The notes under the pieces were generated by a model. That model was not told the DNA's origin. It did not search any database and saw only the letters and a program-made list of their open reading frames with translations. A stretch of DNA of 64,000 bases from an uncultured Nitrospiraceae bacterium (GTDB lineage: Bacteria; Nitrospirota; Thermodesulfovibrionia; Thermodesulfovibrionales; Dissulfurispiraceae), in the NCBI GenBank assembly GCA_963727805.1, contig CAVSHF010000003.1, positions 1,472,001 to 1,536,000 of the forward strand. The letters are read 5' to 3'. Shown piece after piece: positions 21,298 to 31,005 of this stretch (position 1 is its first letter; each line of letters starts with the position of its first letter). Position numbers and translations under genes: made by a program.

Positions 21298-21444
21298 ATA
21301 TGCTGAGAAAAGACGTATTTGTCAAGATTTTTTAGTCTAAGACCTGCTTTTTTATCACTTCTCTTGCTATTTTCTTTATTATCACATTCTTGATAGTCAC
21401 TGTTTCATCGCTGATTATCACTGTACCGCACATAGATGTCTGCC

Positions 21445-22287
21445 CTACGATTCCATTTTTTTCAGCAGCGCCTCTTTCATAACCTCGATGGGCGGCCGTA
21501 CGCCAGTCCATATCTCGAAGGCAAGGACTCCCTGCCAAAGGAGCATTCCGAGGCCATTCAGCGTTACGCAGCCTGCAGCTGAGGCGGCGCAGAGAAACGG
21601 GGTCTCTTTATAGATAAGATCGCATACAGCCTGGTCTTTTTTTAACATCGACACATCGAGCGGCATCGGATCAGTCGGCTTCAACCCGAGCGGGGTCGCA
21701 TTGATGATGATATCGGTAGCCTGCAAGAAATCTTTGCTCTTCATGGCTGCAGCATCCACCTGCATTGCATTCTGGCGGATGGTGTTTAAATGTTGCGTAA
21801 GCGTTTCAGCCTTAGTGGCATCAACGTCGTAAAGGAAAACCTTCATAGCATCTTTGCAGAGATAATAACCGATGGCTCTAGCTGCACCTCCGGTACCAAC
21901 GATTAGTACCTTTTTGTCTTTTGCCGTAATGGCTGCTTCCGAAAGAGAACGCATAAAACCGCGTCCATCGGTATTAAAGCCGGTCAACTTTCCTGCGTCA
22001 TTTTTTATAGTATTGACCGCGCCGATGAATGAAGCCTCTTCATTGATCTCATTGAGGAACCCCATGACCCTTTCCTTATGCGGCACCGTCACGTTCACAC
22101 CTCCCAATGAGAGCGCCCTTATTCCCTTGACGGCGTCCGCCAAGAGATCAGGATGGACCGGGAATGTGACATAGCAGTAATCAATAGCAAGATGATCAAA
22201 GGCGGCATTGTGCATGGCTGGCGAAAGGCTATGCTTGACAGGATACCCGAACAATCCGACAATCGTCGTCTTTCCGCTTATGTTCAT
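21445..22287 (-). CDS. aroE: Shikimate dehydrogenase
   Basis: HSLSPAMHN, NVTVPHK, GAVNT, NTDG, GTGGAA, NATPLG, GLGMLLWQG. Confidence 0.96.
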   Translation of the reverse strand: MNISGKTTIVGLFGYPVKHSLSPAMHNAAFDHLAIDYCYVTFPVHPDLLADAVKGIRALSLGGVNVTVPHKERVMGFLNEINEEASFIGAVNTIKNDAGKLTGFNTDGRGFMRSLSEAAITAKDKKVLIVGTGGAARAIGYYLCKDAMKVFLYDVDATKAETLTQHLNTIRQNAMQVDAAAMKSKDFLQATDIIINATPLGLKPTDPMPLDVSMLKKDQAVCDLIYKETPFLCAASAAGCVTLNGLGMLLWQGVLAFEIWTGVRPPIEVMKEALLKKMES

Positions 22288-22304
22288 GGCTGACTCCTTA
22301 TTTC

Positions 22305-23606
22305 TTACTTCGACAATTCCAGTACCGCATCGATGATTCCGGAAGGTGTCGATTCAATTATGACTGATTTAACTCCGAGGATTTCCTCGATCTCCTGCCG
22401 TGATACATCATCGAGAAAGACCTCGTGTCCCTCTTTCATCACGACATCCGGTATGATCAATATGTCCTCGCTATGGATATGTCCCGATAGCGCCCTCATC
22501 ACATCCCTTCCAGTAAGCAAACCCGTAACGGTCACGCCGTGGCCGAAATAAACGTTCTCAACCGGGAACGCTTCGACATCGAATCCCCTTTTTCTGATAC
22601 GTTCGATAAATTTGGCAAGAAAAGGATAAAACGAAATGCCCGTCAGAGTGACAAATTTTCTCTTCTTGATTTTATCAGGCACTTGGATCTTCAATCTCTT
22701 TGCCTGTGAGAGGAATTGTGGTACCAATCCAACACCGTTTTCTATTTGGGACAGTTCATCATAATCTTTCAAGGAGGGGAACTCCGTGCCCGCCTTGATA
22801 TACAGCTCATCAGCAGCAAAGACAATATGCTCGCCGTGCTTTCTTTTGAGCCTAGTCTGGAAGCGGGAAATCGTCTCGAGGGCGCTCAGGGCATCGCTTT
22901 TCTCCACAGGCCGTAGCACTTTTTTCCGGTGGGTCGTAAGGCCGACGGGAACGACAGCTATCGATTGAACATAAGGGTAGAACTTGTAGAGATCGTTTAT
23001 GGTGCTGGCCAACTCTCTGCCGTCGTTATATCCGGGGCAGAGTACGATTTGGGCATGCATCCTGATGTTGTGCTCTGCAAAAAACCTCAAGTCTTTAAGG
23101 ATGTCTCCTGCTTTTGGATTGCCGAGCATCCGGTTTCTGATTTCAGTATCTGTCGAGTGGACCGATATATAGAGTGGACTCAGGTGCTGCTCGACGATCC
23201 TCTTTCTCTCGCCATCGGTCAGACTAGTAAGGGTGATATAATTCCCGTAAAGGAACGATAGCCGATAATCTTCATCTTTTGCATAGAGAGTCTTTCTCAT
23301 TCCTTTAGGAAGCTGAGCAACAAAGCAGAAGATGCACCGGTTCGTGCACTTTTTCATTGTGAAGGGTTTCAGGACAATCCCCAGATTGGATGCCCCCCCA
23401 GCCGTCTTGATCGCAACGTGCCTCGTCTCACTTCCGCGTCCCATAAGTATGTCGAGGTCAGGCTCATTGCCGTAGTACATCAGATCGATGCTATCCCTTA
23501 TCCTACACCCATTTATAGATATGAGCCTGTCGCCTGCCAGCAGTCCCGCTGCCGCTCCGATACTTTCCGGAGCGACCTCTTCTATATCAACACCGCTACT
23601 TTTCAT
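22305..23606 (-). CDS. PDZ + radical SAM + DUF512 Fe-S protein
   Basis: N-terminal PDZ-like (AGL.AGD), CTNRCIFC, LY.KDEDYRLSFLYGNYITL, QIENGVG, VTVTGLLTG. Confidence 0.88.
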   Translation of the reverse strand: MKSSGVDIEEVAPESIGAAAGLLAGDRLISINGCRIRDSIDLMYYGNEPDLDILMGRGSETRHVAIKTAGGASNLGIVLKPFTMKKCTNRCIFCFVAQLPKGMRKTLYAKDEDYRLSFLYGNYITLTSLTDGERKRIVEQHLSPLYISVHSTDTEIRNRMLGNPKAGDILKDLRFFAEHNIRMHAQIVLCPGYNDGRELASTINDLYKFYPYVQSIAVVPVGLTTHRKKVLRPVEKSDALSALETISRFQTRLKRKHGEHIVFAADELYIKAGTEFPSLKDYDELSQIENGVGLVPQFLSQAKRLKIQVPDKIKKRKFVTLTGISFYPFLAKFIERIRKRGFDVEAFPVENVYFGHGVTVTGLLTGRDVMRALSGHIHSEDILIIPDVVMKEGHEVFLDDVSRQEIEEILGVKSVIIESTPSGIIDAVLELSK

Positions 23607-24150
23607 TCTGTGTCAAACCTCTGTAAATATACTGGAGTCCAGAATAAATAGTGAGGCCTGCAACGATATACATAGCGGGTTCTGGCGCCTCATTCGGTAA
23701 TGACGGCAAATTGATCGCCAGAAGAACGTAGGCAATAAGGACAAGCTGTGATGCGATCGCCGCCTTCCCGATAATCGTAGGCTCAACCCTAGTGATGTGC
23801 GAAGTTAAATAGAGTAAAAACCATCCGAGCGTCACAATAAGGTCACGGCTGATGACCGTAATCGTAAGCCACGTCGGAACCCAACCATAAACTGAAAAAA
23901 GGATAAACGATGTAAGGAGCAGCACCTTATCTGCGAGGGGGTCAAGGAAGGCACCGAGCTTGGTCTTCTGGTCGGTCAAACGAGCGAGGAGCCCGTCAAG
24001 CATGTCGGTGATGCTCGCTGTCACAAAGAGGGCTAGCGCATAATCATACCGCCGGTATAAAAGAGCAGTTACGAATACCGGGATGAGGATGATCCGCATG
24101 AAGGTAATCATATTGGGAAGGCTGATAAATTGAGACTTCATAGCTGTCAT
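23596..24150 (-). CDS. CDP-alcohol phosphatidyltransferase (PgsA family)
   Basis: PNMITFMR; D.LDG.LAR....T.LGAFLDPLADK. Confidence 0.9.
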   Translation of the reverse strand: MTAMKSQFISLPNMITFMRIILIPVFVTALLYRRYDYALALFVTASITDMLDGLLARLTDQKTKLGAFLDPLADKVLLLTSFILFSVYGWVPTWLTITVISRDLIVTLGWFLLYLTSHITRVEPTIIGKAAIASQLVLIAYVLLAINLPSLPNEAPEPAMYIVAGLTIYSGLQYIYRGLTQNEK

Positions 24151-25250
24151 GGAATATTGAAGGGCATTGAATCGAAATTCAGATCAACTCCGATTTTTTT
24201 ATAACATGGAGGATTCTTCGCAGTAGCACCCTTCCTGAAAGCCTGTGCCGAATTCAGCAGGAGCAGACGCGCATGGCATCCTTCGAGCTTGAATTTATGC
24301 CTCTCAGCATTAGCAAGCGCGGATTGCATCAGCTTTTGCGCTTTCCGGTTATTGCCTTCCATCCACGCAACCTCCCCGTCAGCCAGATCGCAATAAATGA
24401 TGCCCCGCGGGTCTTTCGTCTTTTTGAAATTCTTGCGGGCCCTTCCAATAAGCTCACCAGCTTGTATGAGATCACCCTTCATCTTGTACACCATCGCAAG
24501 GCTCCAGAGAGTGTAAGAATAGCTCACGATATCACCAATCTCTTCATAGAGGCGAGTGGCTTTCCTGAAATGACTCAAGGCCTTTCCGTACTCTTTCATA
24601 ATACGATTGGCGTTGCCGACGCCGCAGTGTGTATAGGCGGAGCCAAAAGTGTCCCCCAGTGAATGAAACATTTCGTTTGCCTGATGGTAATACTTCAAAG
24701 ACTCCGCTGTTTTGCCAACGATACGGTGTGTCCCGCCGAGGCCGGCAAGTGAATACGCGATGCCCGGATTGAATTTTACGGAAGCGAAGATGCGCTTTGC
24801 CTCCTTGAAAGTCGCGATGGCAGCCGGTATCTTTCCGGCTACCCTCAGCGATCCAGCTTCCGCCCAAAGGGCAAAGGCCACGCCTTTTTTATCTCCGGCA
24901 GCCATGTATATTTTCCGGGCCTTCGTGATGAGCCTGATAGCCTTTTGCCACATGCCGACAGCCCGATAAGAGAGCCCAAGTCCAACCATCGCGTCTGCGG
25001 CCGTGAGATCATTGCAGAGTCCTTCACAGAGTTCGAGGGCCTCGGTATAAAACTCGACCGCACTGTCAAAGTCTCCCATAATGCGAAAAACGTCGGCAGA
25101 GGCCATGTTTGCATCGAGGAGACCGCCGATATCCTTTCGTTTCTGTGATAGAGTGCGGGCCTTCGTGAAAAGGACAAGGGCCTCCCGGTAATTCGACTTC
25201 CGTCTTAAAGACTCCGCTGCTTCTATGATCTCATAAATTTTATTGTCCAT
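24147..25250 (-). CDS. Tetratricopeptide repeat protein
   Basis: ~40-aa helical repeats (A.SL.GLG..HR..G...E..KYY..A..MF..LGD). Confidence 0.85.
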   Translation of the reverse strand: MDNKIYEIIEAAESLRRKSNYREALVLFTKARTLSQKRKDIGGLLDANMASADVFRIMGDFDSAVEFYTEALELCEGLCNDLTAADAMVGLGLSYRAVGMWQKAIRLITKARKIYMAAGDKKGVAFALWAEAGSLRVAGKIPAAIATFKEAKRIFASVKFNPGIAYSLAGLGGTHRIVGKTAESLKYYHQANEMFHSLGDTFGSAYTHCGVGNANRIMKEYGKALSHFRKATRLYEEIGDIVSYSYTLWSLAMVYKMKGDLIQAGELIGRARKNFKKTKDPRGIIYCDLADGEVAWMEGNNRKAQKLMQSALANAERHKFKLEGCHARLLLLNSAQAFRKGATAKNPPCYKKIGVDLNFDSMPFNIP

Positions 25251-25308
25251 TTTTCATCCTTTGCCGTTCTGACCTTCCTGCGTTCGGCGCTTTCAAGCTT
25301 CTGATCTA

Positions 25309-25968
25309 TTAGGTACTTCCCAGTGCTTCTCTGAGTTGCTTCATAAACGCAGCATAGTCTCCCGTACCGAAAAAGGCCGAACCCATAACGAGAATATCGG
25401 CCCCCGCCGCTGCTATTCCTGGTGCATTATCGAGCTTCACTCCTCCGTCAACCTCGATGACAACAGAGAGACTCTTCTCCCTTAACCTTCCTTTCAGCAC
25501 CCTGATCTTATCAAGTGCTGACGGGATGAAGCGCTGCCCTCCGAACCCCGGATTGACGGACATTATAAGGACGAGGTCGATGTCGGATAGTATATAATCA
25601 AGGTTGCAGAGAGGAGTCGCTGGATTGAGAGACACGCCTGCTTTGACTCCGCTCTCTTTGATGCATTGAACCGTGCGGTGAAGGTGCGCGGTCGCCTCGG
25701 CATGGACCGTGATATAATCAGATCCTGCTGATGCAAAATCCCGGAGATATTTATCGGGGTTATTAATCATGAGATGTACGTCAAGAGGAAGCTTCGTTAT
25801 TTTTCTAAGGCCCTCGACAATCATCGGCCCGACAGTAATGTTCGGAACAAAATGCCCGTCCATCACATCGATATGTATCAAATCGGCCCCGGCGGCTTCG
25901 GCAGCACTAATCTCCTCACCCAGCTTCATAAAATCGGCTGAGAGTATGGAAGGCGCAATCCTGATCAC
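25309..25968 (-). CDS. rpe: Ribulose-phosphate 3-epimerase
   Basis: IAPSILSADF, HIDVMDGHFVPN, MSVNPGFGGQ, EVDGG. Confidence 0.97.
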   Translation of the reverse strand: MIRIAPSILSADFMKLGEEISAAEAAGADLIHIDVMDGHFVPNITVGPMIVEGLRKITKLPLDVHLMINNPDKYLRDFASAGSDYITVHAEATAHLHRTVQCIKESGVKAGVSLNPATPLCNLDYILSDIDLVLIMSVNPGFGGQRFIPSALDKIRVLKGRLREKSLSVVIEVDGGVKLDNAPGIAAAGADILVMGSAFFGTGDYAAFMKQLREALGST

Positions 25969-26480
25969 TTTTTCTCCTCCTCGATGCTGCCGAGACTTAT
26001 GAGAACGCGGAAGTTGTCCCCCCCCTTTTCCTCGCTCTCGGGTCTCTGAGCAATAATGAAATTCTTTTCGACATCACAATGAACATAAATAGCTTTAGCT
26101 ATACGTATCCCTCTTCCCGCTAAGACGGCCTCCGCTTCTTCAAGCTTCATGCCCACGACATCGGGCACGTACTGGACCTTCGGCCCCTTGCTCACTATTA
26201 CCTTTATCCCCCGACCTTCCTTGACCTTGCTTGAAGCAGGTATGTCCTGGCGCACAATATATCCTGGAATAACTTCGGAGTCATAATCCTCTGCAGCGCC
26301 GAGCAAGTGCAGGCCTTTATTCTGAAGAACGTTCACAGCTTCGGCAACACTCTTTCCTTTCAGATCTGGGACCTCCACTGTATTGCTCAGGCTGAGCACT
26401 TTAAAAGTAAGATGCCCAGCAACCATTCCCACGATAAAAAGAATACCTATGTAGAGAGGTATTTTGACTAATTTATTCAT
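25965..26480 (-). CDS. Membrane-anchored PASTA-domain protein (no kinase domain)
   Basis: TM then VEVPDLKG..., VSKGP..VPDVVG: two PASTA repeats. Confidence 0.88.
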   Translation of the reverse strand: MNKLVKIPLYIGILFIVGMVAGHLTFKVLSLSNTVEVPDLKGKSVAEAVNVLQNKGLHLLGAAEDYDSEVIPGYIVRQDIPASSKVKEGRGIKVIVSKGPKVQYVPDVVGMKLEEAEAVLAGRGIRIAKAIYVHCDVEKNFIIAQRPESEEKGGDNFRVLISLGSIEEEKK

Positions 26481-27901
26481 TCCGTCCTCTTGAGTCGCGT
26501 CGCGAAGAACCCGTCCATATTGTCCCGATGGGACCAGGTGCGGTAAAAAAGGTGTCCCTCTTCATCGCGATACGCGAAATGCCCGAGAAACTTATAAGCT
26601 CCCTCTATAATACTAAAATCGGGATGAGACTGTAAAAAAAATCTGATAACTTCATCGCCCTCTTCTGGTTCCGTAGAACATACTGAGTAGACCATACTGC
26701 CGCCTGGCCTGAGATATTGCGCCGTGCGGTCCAATAAGTCGAGTTGCAACGATTGAAAACGTTTGAGATCCTTCTCTTCATGCCGATATTTCACGTCAGG
26801 GTTTTTTCTGATTACCCCAATAGACGAACAGGGGGCGTCAAGAAGGACTTTGTCAAACAAACCTTTCACAACAGCACGTCTTATGTCCCCATGAACGATC
26901 ACCACCGACTTGAGGTTGAGCCGCGCAACATTTTCTTCTATTTTTTTGATCCTTCCAACATCCATCTCAACAGCCACTATTTCCCCTGCGTCATGCATGA
27001 GTCGGGCGATATGGGTCGTTTTCCCGCCGGGCGCGGCACAGGTATCTAAAACCCTCTCGCCGCTAGCGGGATCGAGGAGATACGTTATGAGCTGGGCTGC
27101 CTCGTCCTGGATGACATACGATGTGACATCAAGCGGAATGTGTTGCGGAGCAATGCGGCTATATTCCATACCCCCCCGCTCGGCAGTGACTGCTTCACTA
27201 TATTCTTCAGGGCCGTTCTTCCTCTCGCTCTCTTTCCTGCGTCCTTTAATAATGACCCCAACGGGCGAATATTGTGTCTGCTCTGCATCTATCCCATTTT
27301 CAGCCATAAGCTTCAATGACTTTTCACGATCACCATCTATCCTTAGAGTAAGCAACGGGATGGCGTTGTTCTTCCGCGCCAGCTTCAGCGCCTCTTCGCT
27401 GCCAAGCCTCCCAATCCACCTTCTGATGAGCCATGCAGGATGGGATGTCGCAATCGAAATATTTTCAACTATGCCTGCTTTTTTAGGATCGCCAATTCCT
27501 TCTCTTCGCCGCAGGTAATTCCTGAGTACCGCGTTCACCAGTGCTGCCTTGCCACTTTTTCTTTTCTCAATCTGGACCGCCTCGTTGACAGCAGCCCATT
27601 CAGGTACACGCATAAAGCGCAGCTGATACATGGCTATTCTTAGATTGTTCATTGTATCGGGAGGAAGAGCGGAAAGCTTGTGGAGAAAATTCGAGAGCAG
27701 CCAGTCGAGAGCATCCCTGTGCCTCAGAACACCGTAAACAAGCTCCATCAGAAACGACCGCTCGCGATCATCCAGTTGCCGGGACAATTTGCCGAGCACT
27801 TCTTTAGGCTTATCAGAAGTGGAGAAGATCTGCTCAAGGGCCTTTACGGCAAGGTATCGGGTAGACATCTTATCGGTTATCTGCTCATTTGGCGCCTGCA
27901 A
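26477..27901 (-). CDS. rsmB: 16S rRNA m5C967 methyltransferase
   Basis: NusB-like N-terminus (AAVNEAV), SHPAW, QDEA, CAAPGGKT, DAPCS, YSVCS, DGFF. Confidence 0.95.
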   Translation of the reverse strand: MQAPNEQITDKMSTRYLAVKALEQIFSTSDKPKEVLGKLSRQLDDRERSFLMELVYGVLRHRDALDWLLSNFLHKLSALPPDTMNNLRIAMYQLRFMRVPEWAAVNEAVQIEKRKSGKAALVNAVLRNYLRRREGIGDPKKAGIVENISIATSHPAWLIRRWIGRLGSEEALKLARKNNAIPLLTLRIDGDREKSLKLMAENGIDAEQTQYSPVGVIIKGRRKESERKNGPEEYSEAVTAERGGMEYSRIAPQHIPLDVTSYVIQDEAAQLITYLLDPASGERVLDTCAAPGGKTTHIARLMHDAGEIVAVEMDVGRIKKIEENVARLNLKSVVIVHGDIRRAVVKGLFDKVLLDAPCSSIGVIRKNPDVKYRHEEKDLKRFQSLQLDLLDRTAQYLRPGGSMVYSVCSTEPEEGDEVIRFFLQSHPDFSIIEGAYKFLGHFAYRDEEGHLFYRTWSHRDNMDGFFATRLKRTE

Positions 27902-28409
27902 AAAAGGTGATCGCCTCCTGGACCTTCGTAAGGTCTACCCGAGTATTGATGCAGGGACCGAAGGGACGTTCATTGAGGATGCCGATGACAGGCAGCGGAT
28001 AGGTATCAACAAGCCCACTGCTAAGGTCCCTTTCACAGGCCACGGCGATGATCGCCTCGGGCCGCGCCTCTTTCACAATACGCCGCGCAATGGTGCCTCC
28101 CGTAGCGACAAAAAGCCTCAAGCCATAGTCTTCCGAGATAATTATCAGGTCTTTGATCTCGCACTTTCCGCACCTTTTGCAGTTAGATATATTATGGGTT
28201 ATCCTCACGTCGCAATCACTAATCTGGAGGCAGTGGGGAAGCAGGAGCAGCAAGGTGCCTACCCGGTACTTTCCGGACCTCACCAGCCTATTGTTGATTT
28301 CAATGATACAAATCTGGAACCTCTCTTTTTTGTTCTTGAAGAATGCGCCTGCCAGCATCATCGCCGGATAGAGTATCTTAAGGACGATCCCTCTAAGAAA
28401 ATTTCTCAT
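27885..28409 (-). CDS. DUF116 domain protein
   Basis: LLPHCLQ, CKRCGKC, ATGGTIAR, AVACERDL, GPCINT; fmt-DUF116-rsmB context. Confidence 0.88.
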   Translation of the reverse strand: MRNFLRGIVLKILYPAMMLAGAFFKNKKERFQICIIEINNRLVRSGKYRVGTLLLLLPHCLQISDCDVRITHNISNCKRCGKCEIKDLIIISEDYGLRLFVATGGTIARRIVKEARPEAIIAVACERDLSSGLVDTYPLPVIGILNERPFGPCINTRVDLTKVQEAITFFAGAK

Positions 28410-29316
28410 GGCCTTCCTTCAATTTCCTTCCCGCCAGGAATGCGGCTGCAGACATCGCATGTCTCCCTTCAGGCTGGAGTCCTTCGATCATGAGAAGGCT
28501 CTTTGAGGTGCCGACAAGCAGAGTCCCCGACGATGCCTTCTCTATCCTTCCTGGTTCCCCGCTCCCCTCAACGGCTTTTGCCCTGGTGATCTTTATGCGT
28601 TCTTTGCCGAGCGAGCAGAAAGCCGAGGGCCAGGGGTTCATCCCCCTGATAAAATCCACCAAGGTTTTGGCGTTCTTCTGCCAGTCTATCCTGCCGTCCT
28701 CTTTCCTCAGCGAAGAGGCATATGTGGCTTCTCCCTGCTGTGGTATCGGCTTCACACATCCTGACCTCATACCTCTGAGTGTGTCGATCAGCATCGCAGC
28801 TCCCACGACGGAGAGCTTCTTGGAAAGAGTTGTGGCATTATCATCTTCAGATATTTCAAGACTCGACTGGAGCAGGATGTCCCCTGTATCGAGACCTTCA
28901 TCCATCAGCATAGTCGTAACACCTGTAGTCCTCTCGCCATTGATCAAGGACCATTGTACAGGCGCGGCGCCCCGGTATTTTGGCAGTAGCGAGGCATGGA
29001 CATTGATACAGCCTTTCGCGGGCATATATAAAATCTCCTTAGGAAGGACCTTCCCATAGGCGACAACAATGATAAATTCAGGACTGTGCCGAGCCAGCTC
29101 GCGATAGAATTCCTGATCCCGTATCTTTTCAGGCTGGGCCACGCCGATGCCGTGAGACAACGCCAATTCTTTCACTGGCGGAGACGAAAGGGCATGGCCC
29201 CTCCCTTTAACCCTGTCAGGCTGGGAGACCACGAGGACAACATCCTCCCCCTTTTCGATAAGGGCCTTCAGTGAAGGGAGGGCGAAGTCAGGGGTCCCAA
29301 AAAAAATTATGGCCAC
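28393..29316 (-). CDS. fmt: Methionyl-tRNA formyltransferase
   Basis: FFGTPDFA, SQPDR, NVHASLLPKYRGAAP, GLDTGD, PWP. Confidence 0.97.
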   Translation of the reverse strand: MAIIFFGTPDFALPSLKALIEKGEDVVLVVSQPDRVKGRGHALSSPPVKELALSHGIGVAQPEKIRDQEFYRELARHSPEFIIVVAYGKVLPKEILYMPAKGCINVHASLLPKYRGAAPVQWSLINGERTTGVTTMLMDEGLDTGDILLQSSLEISEDDNATTLSKKLSVVGAAMLIDTLRGMRSGCVKPIPQQGEATYASSLRKEDGRIDWQKNAKTLVDFIRGMNPWPSAFCSLGKERIKITRAKAVEGSGEPGRIEKASSGTLLVGTSKSLLMIEGLQPEGRHAMSAAAFLAGRKLKEGHEKFS

Positions 29317-29389
29317 TGCGACCTCTGAATTACAGTAATTGTTTTCTGCACTTTGTTCCAGCTATGTTTTCTGCTATGTGCCAGGTGCC

Positions 29390-29902
29390 CTAGACCTTTG
29401 ACTCTTTGAGGGCCTTGAGATAACGCTTTTTAAAAAACTCCCGTTTGATCGTGCTAATGCGGTCAATAATCAGAACGCCATCGAGGTGGTCTATTTCATG
29501 CTGGAAGGCCCGAGCAAGAAGGCCTGTTGCCTCCATCTCGACGGGCTTCCCCTCTCTATCCACCCCCCTGATGATGATCCTTTCTGCTCTCTTAATTTGG
29601 GCGATATATTGCGGCACGCTGAGGCACCCCTCTTCGGATTCGATAAGGCCTTCTGCAAGTATAATCTCTGGGTTGATGAGCACGATCAGGGGCTGGCCCT
29701 CTTCTCTCAGGCCTACATCGATAACGATCACCCTCTTCTTGACGCCAACTTGAGGTGCGGCGAGCCCAATCCCTGCACAAGCATACATGGTCTCGATCAT
29801 GTTGTCTATCAAGCGCTGGAGGCCCTTTTCAGCCATATCCACGGCAAGGGCTTTCTCCTTCAGGACATCTTCGGGATATTTCTTAACCTCAAGGACAGAC
29901 AT
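29390..29902 (-). CDS. def: Peptide deformylase
   Basis: GIGLAAPQVG, EGCLSVP, QHEIDHLDG; ATG at 29902. Confidence 0.97.
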   Translation of the reverse strand: MSVLEVKKYPEDVLKEKALAVDMAEKGLQRLIDNMIETMYACAGIGLAAPQVGVKKRVIVIDVGLREEGQPLIVLINPEIILAEGLIESEEGCLSVPQYIAQIKRAERIIIRGVDREGKPVEMEATGLLARAFQHEIDHLDGVLIIDRISTIKREFFKKRYLKALKESKV

Positions 29903-30032
29903 ATTCAATTATAACACACCTCTTTGTGCCTCCTGCAACGTACAAAAGACGTAGATTATGCCACTTCAGCGCAGATAGTCCCTTCGATTTTCTCCTTCAA
30001 TAAAGGGAGAAATGCGGTATGGGTGGGCGCCG

Positions 30033-30061
30033 TTGAAATATTTATTTAAAGAGTGTACAGT
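30033..30061 (+). promoter_or_regulatory. sigma70 promoter of response regulator
   Basis: TTGAAA-17-TACAGT. Confidence 0.5.
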
Positions 30062-30092
30062 AAGCTATCGCAATGCTGCAGGGGTTTATCGA

Positions 30093-30725
30093 ATGATAAA
30101 AGTACTTTTTGTTGAAGATCACGCAATCGTACGCGAAGGGTTGAAGCAGATACTTGCCGACACCGACGATATTATAGTGGCCGACGAAGCGGCTGACGGC
30201 GAAGAAGCTCTGGAGAAAGTTCCTAAAGGCGATTTTGACGTCATTGTTCTCGATATCTCGATGCCTAAAAGAAGCGGCCTTGACGTATTATTAGAATTAA
30301 AGAGCATACGCCCTAAGCTTCCCGTTTTGATCCTGAGCATGTATCCCGAAGAGTTGTATGCTATCCGCGCATTTAAAAGTGGCGCCTCGGGCTATCTCTC
30401 AAAAGAAAGCGCCCCCACCGAATTGATCACTGCCATACGGAAAGTTTCCTGCGGAGGGAAATATATAAGCCCCGCTCTTGCCGAGAATCTGGTAGTCAAT
30501 CTCGGTGAAGACAATGGCAAACCGCTGCATGATAAGCTTTCCGAGCGAGAATACCAAATACTGTGCATGATCGCCTCAGGCAAGACGGGAAAGGAGATCG
30601 CTGTCGAACTCAAGTTGAGCGCCAAGACTGTCAGCACATACCGGGCCCGCATCCTAGAAAAGATGGCGATGAGGACCAATGCTGAACTAACGCACTACGC
30701 CCTCCAGAACCGGCTCGTCTTCTAG
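30093..30725 (+). CDS. NarL/LuxR-family (UvrY/GacA-like) response regulator, no adjacent kinase
   Basis: VEDHAIVREGL, LDISMP, LSEREYQIL, LSAKTVSTYRARI HTH. Confidence 0.92.
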   Translation: MIKVLFVEDHAIVREGLKQILADTDDIIVADEAADGEEALEKVPKGDFDVIVLDISMPKRSGLDVLLELKSIRPKLPVLILSMYPEELYAIRAFKSGASGYLSKESAPTELITAIRKVSCGGKYISPALAENLVVNLGEDNGKPLHDKLSEREYQILCMIASGKTGKEIAVELKLSAKTVSTYRARILEKMAMRTNAELTHYALQNRLVF

Positions 30726-31005
30726 ATTGTACGCTCACAAGGCTATGTCTTCCATATCAACATTAGCTCCCCCTTGAATTTGTCCCCAAAAGGGTTATCT
30801 TGTTAACTAACCGCGACTGACGCTTTTGCGTTAGTTTGGGTTACCGCATCAACGACAGTTCGATAACGGTATTACTAGAAGGGTTATAAGATTACCGACC
30901 GCAGAGGTTTTCAGGAATACTGAACATATTAAGTTTGTGTTCAAGGTCGGTGAGGCCTCGATGAGTGGATACGATGACCTCCGGATCTTCGAACATCTAA
31001 AATAG

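Noticed and set aside
30808..30843. c-di-GMP-I riboswitch-like CAAAC-stem on the minus strand
   Set aside because: Lacks GGCAAA, GNRA/receptor and GACGCAAAG elements, and lies downstream of genes
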